Position numbers and translations under genes: made by a program. Positions 62,769 to 64,000 of a DNA stretch of 64,000 bases are shown one piece after another. A model generated the notes under the pieces. The model did no database searches, was not told the origin of the DNA, and saw only the letters and a program-made list of their open reading frames with translations. The stretch is from positions 32,984,001-33,048,000 of the forward strand of contig NC_045138.2 in the NCBI RefSeq assembly GCF_008831285.2, given 5' to 3'. Numbering within the stretch: the stretch's first letter is position 1; each line of letters begins with the position of its first letter. This stretch comes from Nymphaea colorata (Eukaryota).

Positions 62769-64000
62769 TGCTTTATATATGCTTCAGTACACGGAAGTTG
62801 GAGTTGGCCACGATTTGAAGCCAAAAGTAAAGAAATTCCGTGTTGGGTCACCTACGTTAATACGAAGGACATGACTTGCAGGATGAATCCTCAGCTACAT
62901 GCATGGCAGGCAAAGACCAGGGAGATGAAGTCTTCGATCTGGAGTGCACTTTCTCTGCGTAAGAAACAACAAAAAGAAGAAAAAAGAAGGTGGTAATCAA
63001 GAAAATTTTCCTTATGAACCATTTAATCCGACTGTGACCAAGATTATTGGCTGTGCAGGGCCAAGAGGCTCAATCTCTCTCATTCTTGAACTAATGAAAG
63101 GAGAGATCTTCAAACCCAAAGTTCATGAATGATAGGAACGCATACTGTATTATAGGACACTGGGATTAAATAACAGTTGGAAGATGGTGGTTTTGGCGCT
63201 GGTGGTATTGCTGCTTTGGAACATGGAACATGGTTTTGGAAAACCACCGGCCAAAACGGTGTTCGCCATGAATAAGGGAAAAAGGGAAGATGTGGATGGA
63301 CAGTCTTTTCATTTGTGATTCTTTTCCCTATCTTTTATTTCTCTTTTGGTTTTTTTTTTTCAAATTTAAGCTTGAGTTATAGGTAATTACCATGCACATT
63401 CCCTTGCGATTTCATAAACTATCCTTAGTTTAAACTTACACCATTTTAGTTGACAAATATTTGACCCGAAAATAACTAATTTCACACTTGAACAAACGTG
63501 TAGGATATATATATATATATGGCTTATTAATTAGAACGAAGTTGAAAAATAACTCTCTTTTTCTTTTTGCGCCATCCACTTGCGTTTTGTGTGATCTGAT
63601 TATTATAACTTGTGGCTCATTTTGTTTGGGGTTTTTGTCAACACCCGGTGACATACTTCCCCACTTCATGCAATGCATGTAACAAAGGTTTGTGAGAGAC
63701 GCAGTTGGGTCCCCATGAATGAGATAGCAACGTTACGCCGTTGTATATGTCCATTTTCCAGCATCAGTTGATCCATCGGTAGAGAAGTAAACGGGTCTGG
63801 TTAGGGTCTGAGGTATTTATTCACCTTAATTTCTCTAATTATCAGATATAATTAATCAATTAACTAATAACAAAATTAGCGTATTTTTTAAATTAAAAAA
63901 AATACTATTAGATGCAAAATCTTGAACTGGATACACGTTCATTATTTGGTAGTCTCTGATTTAAAATTCTTAGGATTTGAAAACTGTGGATTTAAGAGAC

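Noticed and set aside
62260..62874. 204-aa plus-strand ORF
   Set aside because: Non-ATG start, antisense to the DUF3774 gene and without recognisable motifs; most likely a shadow ORF.

Overview
Plant (angiosperm) nuclear DNA; the species cannot be fixed from sequence alone. Apparently intact genes: the 5' end of an uncharacterised KEN-box protein with MSA elements upstream (1-274, minus), a 4-exon STP hexose transporter (6413-9964, +), a 2-exon BAHD acyltransferase (40585-43383, minus), a 2-exon DUF1223 thioredoxin-fold protein (57798-59332, +) and two tandem DUF3774 wound-induced small proteins (61219-61491 and 62529-62768, minus). About 12-55 kb is a rearrangement zone. It holds a near-identical second BAHD copy with a 1-bp frameshift, at least five further BAHD fragments, three STP remnants (two of them inverted relative to each other), several ATL RING-H2 remnants, and orphan exons of CUL1, SEC16 and a GPS/SPS3-type prenyltransferase. 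It also holds a young full-length Ty1/copia element, a truncated copia, a PIF/Harbinger element, hAT pieces and a LINE remnant. The most interesting candidates are an LTR-adjacent inverted STP/BAHD duplication that could make hairpin RNA, a small-ORF-dense DUF3774 locus, and a probable G2/M-regulated uncharacterised gene. All family assignments come from recognising motifs by eye; no searches were run.
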